A DNA stretch of 64,000 nt from a phage: sequence record NC_101835.1; one strand, given 5' to 3'. The stretch's first letter is position 1. Each line of letters starts with the position of its first letter. Shown here in pieces: positions 1 through 10,100 of this stretch. The translations under genes and the position numbers were made by a program. A model generated the notes under the pieces. That model worked only from the letters and a program-made list of their open reading frames with translations, did no database searches and had not been told where the DNA came from.

Positions 1-710
1 CAGGATTGTTGTCCATTAACAGTGGCTCTTGGTATAGTAACTGCATTGGCATTTGCAGAGGAACTTTTTGCATCGTTGCATTCAAGATTTCCTTGGATAG
101 CCAGTCTTGCACGGTTGGCAGTTATAGCATTGAGCTTCATAGCCGAAAACACAGGCTGCCCACCAGAAGGCTGAAATCTCCAACGGAACCCGTCTATTTG
201 GTGGGAAGGATCATCAAGATCTGTGCCGTCAGCACCACCGATGTTGTCCATAATCCAGAAATCCATCATCGTCTTGTCTGAGGTTATGGTGGTATATATT
301 GCCGCATTGTCTGTCGACGCAGATGCAAACTCGATTCTTTGAAGGCCTAAAGTTTGAGTCTGAGTCATTATGTCTCCAGACTTGTCAACATACAGATCGT
401 CCATTTCTTCAGGCGAGTATACGTTGAGAACTTGACGTGCAGCAGCTTTGTCTGGAACGTCTGCTAGATTATTAGTGACCCTTAAGAATCTATTATCCCA
501 TCCTGGGACAACATCTTCTGTTAGATGCTTTAACCACGCAGAAAGCATGTGAAGTTCAAAGTTAACAACTTCACATGCCACTCTTTGTGTCATATCCCAA
601 CCTTTCAATCTCTCTTCTTTTTTTGGTTGAGACTTATTCAACTCTCCCGTATTTTCAAGCACAACATCCTGATTGGCCCAAATATCAAGAGGGATAACTG
701 GTTTAGTCAT
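1..710 (-). CDS. tail fiber protein, second paralog (5' part only; gene runs off the window start)
   Basis: ATG at 708-710 (minus) preceded by CAGGAGAA; my translation MTKPVIPLDIWANQDVVLEN... stays open to position 1 and shares PxxPLxIWA, GWD, FRWRFQP and LNAITANRA motifs with the fiber at 1725-2765. Absent from ORF track because no stop lies in the window. Confidence 0.55.
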   Translation of the reverse strand, partial: MTKPVIPLDIWANQDVVLENTGELNKSQPKKEERLKGWDMTQRVACEVVNFELHMLSAWLKHLTEDVVPGWDNRFLRVTNNLADVPDKAAARQVLNVYSPEEMDDLYVDKSGDIMTQTQTLGLQRIEFASASTDNAAIYTTITSDKTMMDFWIMDNIGGADGTDLDDPSHQIDGFRWRFQPSGGQPVFSAMKLNAITANRARLAIQGNLECNDAKSSSANANAVTIPRATVNGQQS

Positions 711-799
711 CGCGTTCTCCTGAGAAAATTCCTTAGGACTATTTTAACACTTTAGAGAACAAAATGCAAGAACGGAGTCCTTTCCGTTCTGACCTTTGT

Positions 800-1114
800 T
801 TACCTTTTACTATGCTCTACGAGCATGTGCAAAATCTTTTGTACATCAGCTCGGATACCGGAGACATCTGTCCTGACATCCTGCTTAAGGTCGTTAATAT
901 CGGCCTCTAGCTTGCTTAACCGGGTCTCGATAACGGAATCAAGTTTATCTTTTGTAACCATACTGTTTTTCACTAAGATGAGGTCTTTCTCCAGTTCATC
1001 CAACCTCTTGGAAATGCCTTTCCATTTGGTGTGCCACTGGTTGAAAGCCCATACACAGATCGGGACAACGGTACCCATGCAGATACCGTACAATGCCGCC
1101 AAATCCAACTCCAC
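800..1114 (-). CDS. hypothetical membrane protein with coiled-coil region
   Basis: 104 aa; GTG start with GAGGAGG RBS; N-terminal hydrophobic segment GICMGTVVPICVWAF followed by heptad-like LDELEKDL... region. Function unknown (holin not excluded). Confidence 0.4.
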   Translation of the reverse strand: MELDLAALYGICMGTVVPICVWAFNQWHTKWKGISKRLDELEKDLILVKNSMVTKDKLDSVIETRLSKLEADINDLKQDVRTDVSGIRADVQKILHMLVEHSKR

Positions 1115-1125
1115 AACACCTCCTC

Positions 1126-1710
1126 TTAGAGGGTAGGTCGCTCCGGGAAGAAAATGTCAGGGGCTTTAGATGTATCTATTTCAAGAAGTTTTACCCTGTA
1201 CATTTTCAAATCTCTGATGTTACGTTTCTGGTCATCAGTAAGATCATATTCAAGGTCAATCATGTCTTGATAGGCACCAATTCTAGCAGTAGCCCAAGCA
1301 AGTTCTGTCTCTATGACACCCTCTGCCTGTTGAACAAAGAATTCATTATCTGTGACAAATTCATCACCAACTAAACGCAAAGCGTCGTGGTGAAGCATAA
1401 TGTTTTCTGGTACCTCTTCTTTTTTGGCGATAACCACACGAAGACCTGGAGCAGGCCATAAGGCATCAGGTTCTTCTGTAGATGTCTTAAGAATTCCCTT
1501 CTCGTCAACAAGTAGGAAGATACAACCCGGATTTTCTTGTCGTAATGTTCGTGACTGCACATACCAATCGCCATCATCATTACGTAAAAAATACCCAGTG
1601 TATGCGGTGTAATCCTCAACCTCTTGAGGGGTCAGCTCCTTGGTTTCCTTGTTGGAGTGGTATTCGCCAGATCCCGGTTGGTAAAGTTTAAACTCTTGAA
1701 GTATTTTCAT
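1126..1710 (-). CDS. tail fiber assembly protein (Tfa-like chaperone)
   Basis: 194 aa; C-terminal KMYRVKLLEIDTSKAPDIFFPERP matches the Tfa signature (lambda Tfa [21 protein letters not shown], from memory); directly downstream of a fiber gene; GGAGG RBS. Confidence 0.7.
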   Translation of the reverse strand: MKILQEFKLYQPGSGEYHSNKETKELTPQEVEDYTAYTGYFLRNDDGDWYVQSRTLRQENPGCIFLLVDEKGILKTSTEEPDALWPAPGLRVVIAKKEEVPENIMLHHDALRLVGDEFVTDNEFFVQQAEGVIETELAWATARIGAYQDMIDLEYDLTDDQKRNIRDLKMYRVKLLEIDTSKAPDIFFPERPTL

Positions 1711-1724
1711 GCTAGTCCTCCGAT

Positions 1725-2765
1725 CTATGCATAATTAACAGTGATCCATTGACCGTTTACAAGTTTTTGTAAAGGTCCTGCCCAGTAGGTTGAACCACGC
1801 ATCTCTTTTTTGTCACCGAAATGCCAGCCTGTGACAACGTAGCCGTTGCGAATTGGAGATTCGGAAACGCCGTCAACAAGTCTTGCACCGATTCTGATGT
1901 CTTGCACACCTGTCTGCGGGATAGTGATTGTTACATCACCGTTACCGTTAGCCGTCACTCCATTCACAGAGCGCACCACATTTCTGTTACCGACAACACA
2001 GTGCTGACTTCTTACAACCATACTGTCACAACTTGCACCACCATTAACATATACTGACCCAGCCGTCAACTGACTAGCCACATTACAGTTGGTGAATGTT
2101 GCTGTATTGCTGATAGTAAGGTTATTGCACCTCATGTTATCGACAACTTCAACATTGCCTACCACTTTCAACAGCGCACGATTAGCCGTGATCGCGTTAA
2201 GGTACATCAAAGTGAACTCTGGATTAATATCCGGCTGAGTTGGCTGGAATCTCCAACGAAACGCATCTACCGTAGATGTACCACCATCATCAAACGACCC
2301 AGCATTATCACTTAACCCAAAGTCGAGAGTTGTCTTATCCGGGCCAATAGTTGTCTCTATCCAAGCCTTATCTGTCTCGGCAGCTTTAAAGTTGATACGT
2401 TGCAAACCCAATGGGCCTGTCATTGTATCACCTGTAACTTTTACATACCTGGCGTCTGCCTCTTCCTTAGTAATAATCCCAAGGTTTCTACGGGCAACAG
2501 GAATGTTCAAAAGATCACTCAAGTTATTATCACGTACCAGATAACGGCCTTCTTGAGCGGGGATCTGCTCGTCAGCAATGTATTTTGCCCAAGTTCCGAG
2601 CATATTGAAAATATAGTTAAGTTCTTCACATGAGGGCTTTTGACCAAGATCCCAACCTTTTCTCCACAAATCATCAATCGGGCGTAGCCTGTTCTGTCTG
2701 TGGGTGTTAGGCAGAACCTGATCCTCCTCTGCCCAAATCTCTAATGGAAAACTAGGTTTTGACAT
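1725..2765 (-). CDS. distal tail fiber protein
   Basis: 346 aa; followed by the Tfa gene; N-terminal domain shared with the partial paralog at 1-710; C-terminal half divergent (receptor-binding-like); AGGAG RBS. Confidence 0.6.
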   Translation of the reverse strand: MSKPSFPLEIWAEEDQVLPNTHRQNRLRPIDDLWRKGWDLGQKPSCEELNYIFNMLGTWAKYIADEQIPAQEGRYLVRDNNLSDLLNIPVARRNLGIITKEEADARYVKVTGDTMTGPLGLQRINFKAAETDKAWIETTIGPDKTTLDFGLSDNAGSFDDGGTSTVDAFRWRFQPTQPDINPEFTLMYLNAITANRALLKVVGNVEVVDNMRCNNLTISNTATFTNCNVASQLTAGSVYVNGGASCDSMVVRSQHCVVGNRNVVRSVNGVTANGNGDVTITIPQTGVQDIRIGARLVDGVSESPIRNGYVVTGWHFGDKKEMRGSTYWAGPLQKLVNGQWITVNYA

Positions 2766-2777
2766 TTTATCTCCTGA

Positions 2778-4850
2778 TTATGAGAAGTCTGGAGGGACAA
2801 CATCTTCTACATACCCTTTCAGAGCAACCTGCCCCATATGAAGCACGGTAGAATCTCTGGCTGTAACAGTGATGCTGTCAGACATTACTTGCGGGTATGC
2901 CCACACATACTGTTTTACCTCGGGGTATCTATACTCTATGGTTGCCATGTTTCCGCAGATACATCTCCATAAAAATTCTTGGTAATTCCTGGTTGGGTCG
3001 TAGCCATATACCGGAGCAAGCTCTTTACTAGGAACGAACCCTGCAAGGTATTGTATTTCAGACGGTTGCCAACCTAACTTAACGATAGGTATGTTTACAG
3101 ACTCTTTTGCCTTTTCAATACCTCCCTGCATCACCCAATCGTAGCACTCGGTGCAGAAGAAATCAAGAGCACCTGCTTCCTTTTTATATTGGTCAGCAAG
3201 GTTCAGCTTTTGCGTAAGCTCGGTTTCCATGATGGTTGGGAAAAACAGCAAAGCTGTCATCTGAGCTGATGCAGCGTGTGCCTTTATTGCCTTTGAAATA
3301 GCCGCAATACGAGCGCCAAGCTTACCACGACAAAATGCTACATACTTGTCGTAAACACCGCCAGTTTTAGGATCGTCAATAGTCCCAATATCTAATGCAT
3401 ACTCACCTGTCTCATCATAAAACGCCTGCTTTGTAGGGTAATCATAAATACAAGGTCTACGAGTATCGGTATTGTACCACCACCACGGTTCACCAACCTG
3501 CATAATCACTGGCAGGTTGTTTCTCATAGCGGCTGATGCAAAATTCTTAAATACTGCAGTAAGGAAATTCATACCCTCTTCAATGGTTGGAGACAGGAGG
3601 TAGCTACAAGGTGTATACCCTGTTTTAGCGTAGTTATCGTTCCAGTCTCTTTGGGTCCATTCCAACGGGCAGGCATCGCTGAAAAGCTCAAAACTTACAG
3701 ATTGCATAACGTCGAAGTTATGTCGTTTGGCATTGTACATAAAATCATCATGCCATTTATAAGCTGCAGCGTTTAGCGCCCCTGTTCTGTTTATAGACCA
3801 TTGGGTTCCTGACCATGTGTAGTCATAATAATGACTCATACCAACATAGTGGTTTATGGTTCCGGTATAGCCCAGACGCTTGATATTGTTCAACACCCTT
3901 AAAGGAGATACGTTCCACATATCGTCATATGCGGTGCAGATCCCGACGTCGTGCTCTTTAACCTGAATATTGTTAAGTTCCATCATTTTCCAGCCCGTGT
4001 CTGGCTGAAGCAGATCTAGGCGCAACTCACACTCTACATTTTCCGTTCTCGGGTCTGTGCTATTACTTACCCAGTCTTTAGGCATAAGCGGTATTAAAAT
4101 CCTTCTCACCTGCCGAGGATCAACACCCATCATGTTGTTGTTCTGATCCATCCCGACGCAGTCCTCGAAATCAATATGAATCTCTGCAACATTCTTATCC
4201 TCTGAGATGCTGACAGCATATTGAGCTAAAGGAACATAGATGATTGTGCCATCAACAAGGTCTACAGTCATAATCATCTTTTCAGGAGTGGAGAAGTTGC
4301 TGGCATTGGTTATTGACATTCTGAACCAAAGCTTGGTGTTTCTCATCTCATAGTGATCATCAAACCCAATACCGAAATGGTCATACTTGTCAACTGTTTC
4401 CCAAATGCACCCAGCCATACCTCCATATGTTCTTGACACTAAACGGTTAATACAACAGTTGTCATCTGCAACAATACAGGTACTTTCAGTCTGCTGAGTG
4501 GTTGTAACCCAATATCTTGGGTGAAACATTCTCTCCTCAACAGTATCCCAGGATATCCTGTCAAGATTCTCATCTGAAACTATTGTACATTTCGCCCTTT
4601 GTGTCCCAATCATCACCCCTTGAGATTTTGATGAAAACTCCATAAAGAAGCTTCTTGGTAACCTGTTGGGTAATTTGTCAACAATTTCCACGGGGATCTC
4701 AATACTGGTTGCCCCAATTGGGATAGTTACATCGCCCTCAACATGATTATAATCCCTACCAGGAACGGCAGTATCCTGAACTGTTCGGTAGTGAAACTGT
4801 GCAGCCATTGTAGAGTAATCACGGTAAGGTTTAAAAACAGCTGTTGCCAT
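2778..4850 (-). CDS. tail-associated structural protein, function unknown
   Basis: 690 aa ORF in baseplate/fiber block; start overlaps upstream stop (TAATG); AGGAGG RBS. Confidence 0.35.
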   Translation of the reverse strand: MATAVFKPYRDYSTMAAQFHYRTVQDTAVPGRDYNHVEGDVTIPIGATSIEIPVEIVDKLPNRLPRSFFMEFSSKSQGVMIGTQRAKCTIVSDENLDRISWDTVEERMFHPRYWVTTTQQTESTCIVADDNCCINRLVSRTYGGMAGCIWETVDKYDHFGIGFDDHYEMRNTKLWFRMSITNASNFSTPEKMIMTVDLVDGTIIYVPLAQYAVSISEDKNVAEIHIDFEDCVGMDQNNNMMGVDPRQVRRILIPLMPKDWVSNSTDPRTENVECELRLDLLQPDTGWKMMELNNIQVKEHDVGICTAYDDMWNVSPLRVLNNIKRLGYTGTINHYVGMSHYYDYTWSGTQWSINRTGALNAAAYKWHDDFMYNAKRHNFDVMQSVSFELFSDACPLEWTQRDWNDNYAKTGYTPCSYLLSPTIEEGMNFLTAVFKNFASAAMRNNLPVIMQVGEPWWWYNTDTRRPCIYDYPTKQAFYDETGEYALDIGTIDDPKTGGVYDKYVAFCRGKLGARIAAISKAIKAHAASAQMTALLFFPTIMETELTQKLNLADQYKKEAGALDFFCTECYDWVMQGGIEKAKESVNIPIVKLGWQPSEIQYLAGFVPSKELAPVYGYDPTRNYQEFLWRCICGNMATIEYRYPEVKQYVWAYPQVMSDSITVTARDSTVLHMGQVALKGYVEDVVPPDFS

Positions 4851-5536
4851 TAACCCTCCTGTCTAGTTGCGTTTACTGTAATACTTTCACAATAAATGGT
4901 TGTGGTGTCCCAATCAGGTCTTACGTCAGGAACATATAGCAAAGTAGCCAGCCCACCAACTCCGAATTGGTTTTCTTCCCACACTGATCCGAAGCCAAGA
5001 GCTGTAGAGTCCCCTTCAAAACCAAAAGCTTGCCCTTGCGATTCTGTAAGACGCAAATGACAAGGTAATGGTAGCATATCTAAGATCTGATCGATAGACT
5101 GCAATATGTCAAAGCAAGTTTTTCTAATATTTATGTCAAACCTGAAGTTGTCTCCTTTCCACGTATCGAAATTGTCTCTTCCGAACAATTGTCGCAAGGT
5201 GGAGATGACATCTTCGCGAGTCCCGCCCCTTGATGCTGCGGCCTGCTGAATAATTAGTGTGGCACGAAAATCAGCATCTGAAAGTCCATTCCTAAGAATA
5301 CCAAGTTGATTACCAACTTCGTCAAGGTATCTTCCGCTGGCATTGTTAAGCAATCTTCCTTCAGCCAAACCTACCAGCATCTTATCAACATCCTCCAACC
5401 TTTTAAGGTACACGGTTAAGAATGTGACTAAATTAACCTTCTCAGCCAGAAAATCTCCAGGCAGGTAGTCAAGACCTCCCTGAACAAAATCTGGCAGAGT
5501 GTGGATGTGGTTAACATCCGACTTAATCTCTGCCAT
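4850..5536 (-). CDS. putative baseplate wedge protein
   Basis: 228 aa, immediately downstream of the baseplate J-like gene; assignment by position only. Confidence 0.3.
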   Translation of the reverse strand: MAEIKSDVNHIHTLPDFVQGGLDYLPGDFLAEKVNLVTFLTVYLKRLEDVDKMLVGLAEGRLLNNASGRYLDEVGNQLGILRNGLSDADFRATLIIQQAAASRGGTREDVISTLRQLFGRDNFDTWKGDNFRFDINIRKTCFDILQSIDQILDMLPLPCHLRLTESQGQAFGFEGDSTALGFGSVWEENQFGVGGLATLLYVPDVRPDWDTTTIYCESITVNATRQEG

Positions 5537-5547
5537 ATCTCGCCGCC

Positions 5548-7038
5548 TTAAATAGTTTGTTGGAAAGTTATATTACTTTCGTCGAGGTCAAACACCTCGG
5601 TCATGTTCGCAACAATATCGTTTGTAGTGTAAGCTTCATCAGAAGCCCCTACTGGTTTAACTTGAATTACCAGTCTATTAAATCTTCCTATTGACACAGC
5701 AGCAGATGCAGCACCTACCAATTGGATATTGTACAACGTATCTGCAACATCCAGTCCGTTAACAACCTGTAAAAGAGCCTCTACAATGGCATCTTTTTCG
5801 GTTGTGGAAAGCGCAGCACCGGAGTAGGTAATTCTCACATCTAGGCGGTAGGTATTCGCCTTGGAGTAATAAATTCTTTCAGTTTGACCGTCAGATGTAG
5901 TGACATCGTAGAAAATATTACCATAAGTCCTGTTCGTACAGGCTATAGTTTGGTAAAGTGCTTGGCAAATGTCCTCCGTTGCACCACCAAACACAACCAC
6001 TTGGAACTTGTAAGGAGGTATACCTTTAGCATCAGTTTTATCAGTGTTGTTGGAGAACACTCTCACTTTCTCAACACCTTTCACCTCGCTTACAGCGCTA
6101 AGGATTGCAGGACGGGTAGCCTTCGATGTTAACTGTTTTGTGCTGGAAGCTCTTAAGCGATACTCGGAATCTTTCTCAACATCCCTGCCCTCGTTGAATC
6201 TTTCTCGGTTGGTAAGCTTGATAAATCCGCTGGGAGTAGGTGACATTGTTGTCACGGTCTCTGCCTCTCTTGACAGCTCACCAGCCTCGTTAGCTATAAC
6301 ATCTAGGGTGATAGTTCTTTCCCCTACAATCGGGGATACTCTGAAATCTACCCTACTATTAAGTCCAACTTGATCAAGATTCGAATTGTACCCTATCCAC
6401 AACGTTCCTGTCAACATATCGATCTGAATCAAATCGTCGTTCAACAGGGTTGTATTATCGACAATGAACTGCTTAATCTCTCCGTAAAAGCTTGGCAGAT
6501 CAGAAGAGTCCAGAGACTTATCTGTTAAAACCAGACTTTTTGTTTTGATACTTCCATCTGTCTGGTTGGTGATTTGAAAGTTGTATTTACCAATCCTTAG
6601 GTCTGGAGCATTTATTCTGTGGGCAATAAGATTCCCTGCCACCTGCACATCATTGCTAAGAACAAAGTTGCCACTATCCAGCGTATAAGTTTTGGAATCA
6701 TAAATCATATTGTACGGCACAGTTGTGTTGATTGTCAACTGGCAGGTACCTGATGATTTAGAACGGCCTCTTCGGTAAATACCCTGTCTTCCAAGAAGCT
6801 CATCTAGGTAAATACCTTCTGCCCCATACAGCGTCTGTGATGCGTATACAGATGCTGCCATAAGAATAAGTTGATACTCTCGCTCGTTGAAGATAGTGGT
6901 CAGCTTATCTGCAACGGAGTTACTCTGTACGTTGAAGTTTTCGCCAAAAGCACGGATCAGGCTTTGCTTAGTTTCAACGATTAGGTCATTTAGGGTTGGT
7001 ATAACGAAACCAGCCTCTGTCAATCCATACTTAGCCAC
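5548..7038 (-). CDS. baseplate J-like protein
   Basis: 496 aa; N-terminus GLTEAGFVIPTLNDLIVETKQSLIRAFGE resembles baseplate J/gp6-like wedge proteins; GTG start with GGAGGAG RBS. Confidence 0.45.
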   Translation of the reverse strand: MAKYGLTEAGFVIPTLNDLIVETKQSLIRAFGENFNVQSNSVADKLTTIFNEREYQLILMAASVYASQTLYGAEGIYLDELLGRQGIYRRGRSKSSGTCQLTINTTVPYNMIYDSKTYTLDSGNFVLSNDVQVAGNLIAHRINAPDLRIGKYNFQITNQTDGSIKTKSLVLTDKSLDSSDLPSFYGEIKQFIVDNTTLLNDDLIQIDMLTGTLWIGYNSNLDQVGLNSRVDFRVSPIVGERTITLDVIANEAGELSREAETVTTMSPTPSGFIKLTNRERFNEGRDVEKDSEYRLRASSTKQLTSKATRPAILSAVSEVKGVEKVRVFSNNTDKTDAKGIPPYKFQVVVFGGATEDICQALYQTIACTNRTYGNIFYDVTTSDGQTERIYYSKANTYRLDVRITYSGAALSTTEKDAIVEALLQVVNGLDVADTLYNIQLVGAASAAVSIGRFNRLVIQVKPVGASDEAYTTNDIVANMTEVFDLDESNITFQQTI

Positions 7039-7108
7039 GTCACTCCTCCGGTATGAAAATCTCTACAAGGTATTTTACCAAATTTTGTAACAATAGTCAA
7101 TCTGAGCA

Positions 7109-7134
7109 TAAAAATAAACCCCGCCGAAGCGGGG
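7109..7134 (-). terminator. rho-independent terminator
   Basis: Hairpin CCCCGC-CGAA-GCGGGG followed on the minus strand by TTTATTTTT, just downstream of the 1279-aa fiber gene. Confidence 0.55.
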
Positions 7135-7143
7135 CTTTAAAGG

Positions 7144-10100
7144 TTAGTCGTGAGACTCGTTCCAAGGTCCTTGGAAGCTTGAGTTAGAACGGCTTACCAC
7201 AACAGTAGGACAGGATATTGCGACCCCTGTTACAGAAGACGTTGACCATGGTGTGTAGATTTCAACAACAATATCTATGGTTTGTTCACCAAGACCTGTT
7301 ATCCCTACCGCACACATGCCGTTGTTGTCGTTTCCGTACTTCTTACCTGCAAGGATTTGATGTCCGGCTATCCAAACGTTGAGCTGGGAGCTGGCAAGAG
7401 TACCATTCAGTTTAAAGAAGAATGTTACGTTCTTACCCTGACCTGAAACGTTATCTACGTATCTCCACCTCCAACGGCAAACCCTTTGCTGGGAGTTATA
7501 TACTGGAGCACAATCCCCGTAAGTCCTGTGTGCAACAATTGCACCTTCGAACTGGTTAGCGCGGATAACAGAAGCTTCTACACGACCACGGAAGGTACCT
7601 CCGGTTGCATCTATGGTGCCTCTAAAGCTGCCATTATTGGCATAAACATCTCCACGGAAGGTACCACTAGTGGCGTTAACTGCCCCTGTGAAGTTACCAG
7701 AACTGGCGTTGATGTTGCCTTTCACCCACACATCCATAAATTGGGCGTGCCCGTTCTTATTAATATACCAACCGTATTTATGGTACCCGTTGCCATCGTA
7801 GTTGTTTGACGAAATTTCTTGTGCGATCTTGGCAGAGGAGATCGTGCCATTCTCTATAAAAGCGTCTTTCAAGAACGCTTGGTTGTTCTTGATTGCGAAA
7901 GCAAGGGTTGCTGTTCCATTTCCTGGGTTGTATACCGCAAAATTGTTTGCACTAACCATGAAGTAGGATTGAACTTGGCCCCCAGACCCTTCCATCCCCA
8001 GCTGGATACCTGCAACATATTTATTCCCTGCGGAGTCTACCTGTATTTTTGTGCCCCATTGAGCATTTACTTTACCCTCTAAGTCGGTTACAGCCTTAGA
8101 TGTTGTAGCTACTGCAGCCCTGATCTCAGACACATCCCCAACATCATCAATGATCTCCTGCTTAGCAACAGCAAGTTCTTGACGAATAGCTGACGCTGTG
8201 CCGTTGATAAGGTCCACAGTGGCTTTATTGGTATCGGAAATTGTAGCATCCAGCGCTGTTTTTGTGGAGGTCAGTTTTCCATCCAAAGCATCAATCGCTT
8301 GCTTGTTGGTAGAAATCTCCCCACGTGCAGAAGTTATCTGCTCTGACAGTGCAGATGTTTTCTGATTCAACAAGTCAGTGGTGGCCTTGTTGGTATTGGC
8401 AATCAAGGTGTTGAGGTCAGTTTTTGCGGTAGTTATCTTGCCGTCAAGGGCGGTATAGTTTTTAGATACCGTCGCGTTTGTCTGACTAATCTTTTGATCC
8501 AGAGTTTCAGATGTCCTGTTCAAAAGATCCACAGTGGCCTGGTTAGTGCTCAAGATGCTTGCGTCAAGTTCTGTTCTCTGAGTATTGATCTTACCATCCA
8601 GAGTTTTATCTCCGGCTAAATACCCGCTCTCAACTCCCTCTATCTGCTCTACCAGCTCACCTTTGGCGGCAACCAATTTCTCATCTAAAGCCTCTGTCTT
8701 TTTGTTCAGAAGATCAGTAGTTGCTTTATTGGTTGTCTCAATCAGGGATGCCAATCTTCCACTTTCAGTGTTCAGATCGTTGGTGAACTTGTTCTGTGCA
8801 GCAACAAGTTTCCTATCCAGCGCTGTGATATTGCCATTGACATCCTCAAACTTCTGAGTTGTCTCTGTAACTACCGCACCTATTCTGTCTCCAAGTTGCT
8901 GGAATGCCTCATCTACCCTACCATCCATGTACCTGTTAAGTTCTGTGACACGATTTTCAACCTCTTCAATAGAGGAATCCAAAGTGCTCATCAACTCTTT
9001 ATAAGTTTCTGTCTTTTTGAATTCAGCATCTATCTGAGGCATCAAATCCTCAATAGAGGTGTAGCAGCGTGCAGCGCATTCTACAAACTGAGAACTACCA
9101 AAAGCGTTTGTGGTTCGAATATACCAATAATAAACCTTATCGTTCTGCAGACCTTCAGATGTCCAAGTTGAACCAACACCCATACGGGTGGCGTTTGAAG
9201 TAACTGTTGCATCACTGGTGTCGGGCAACCTTGTCATACCGGATGTCCAAAAGTCATACTGGGTGCTAACACTTGCTAAATCCCTACTATGCGGAATCAA
9301 GGTGATAGCAAAGTATCCTTGCTTAACCTCTACAGAAACCGGAGCTTCAGGTGCCTGAATGTTAAACTCACAATACGCTTCTGGAGATACACCACCTTTA
9401 TAAGATGTTGCAACAACAGTGGCTGTGTAGGAACCTTTAGTCAGACCTTCAACACGGACAAACTGCTCAACTGTCTGTGCTGTCCAAACAATCTCTCCGT
9501 TCTTTCTTACCTGCACAATATTTTGAGCGTAAGTCCCAACGTTGTCCCAGGCCAAAACACCGTGAGTTACTTCCCCAGCTTGGAGAACTGAGTATCTGAA
9601 GTTTTGCGGCTGAGCTACACCGGACGGGGATATCGGAATATCTACATCGCCGGAATCCGGAAGTTGCCCTGTGGCATCATTCCACTCTTTAGCATCTTGA
9701 CGAAGTTTTACCTTGACACCGCCCTTTTTGGTGAACTCCCATTCAAGAACCCTCATTTCTTGGCCCACTATACCAATACTTGGGAGGTCCATTGTAACAT
9801 AACGGCCAGGCTTAAATTTAAAACCTCGCATATTGCAGGTGACTTCAATAATCCTGCCAGCTCTAGCACGTCTTAAGAAGATTGCAGAAACACGCTGAGC
9901 TTGATAAGGGCTGGTAACAAAGCGATAGTCTATATCGATTATCTTTCTTTCTCCATCCTTCTCTATCCACTCTGGGACAAACACTGATGGAAAATCTGTT
10001 TCAGAATACCCTTTGGTCGGGCTAGTGAATCTGCCAGTTATTGTGTTGGATCTTTTGTCAAATGAGGCTTCCGGATAGATCTTAACCTCACCACAGACAC

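Noticed and set aside
6-755. Plus-strand ORFs 6-281 and 549-755
   Set aside because: They lie antisense to the minus-strand fibre paralog (1-710), which has an RBS and homology to the neighbouring fibre; treated as shadow ORFs.
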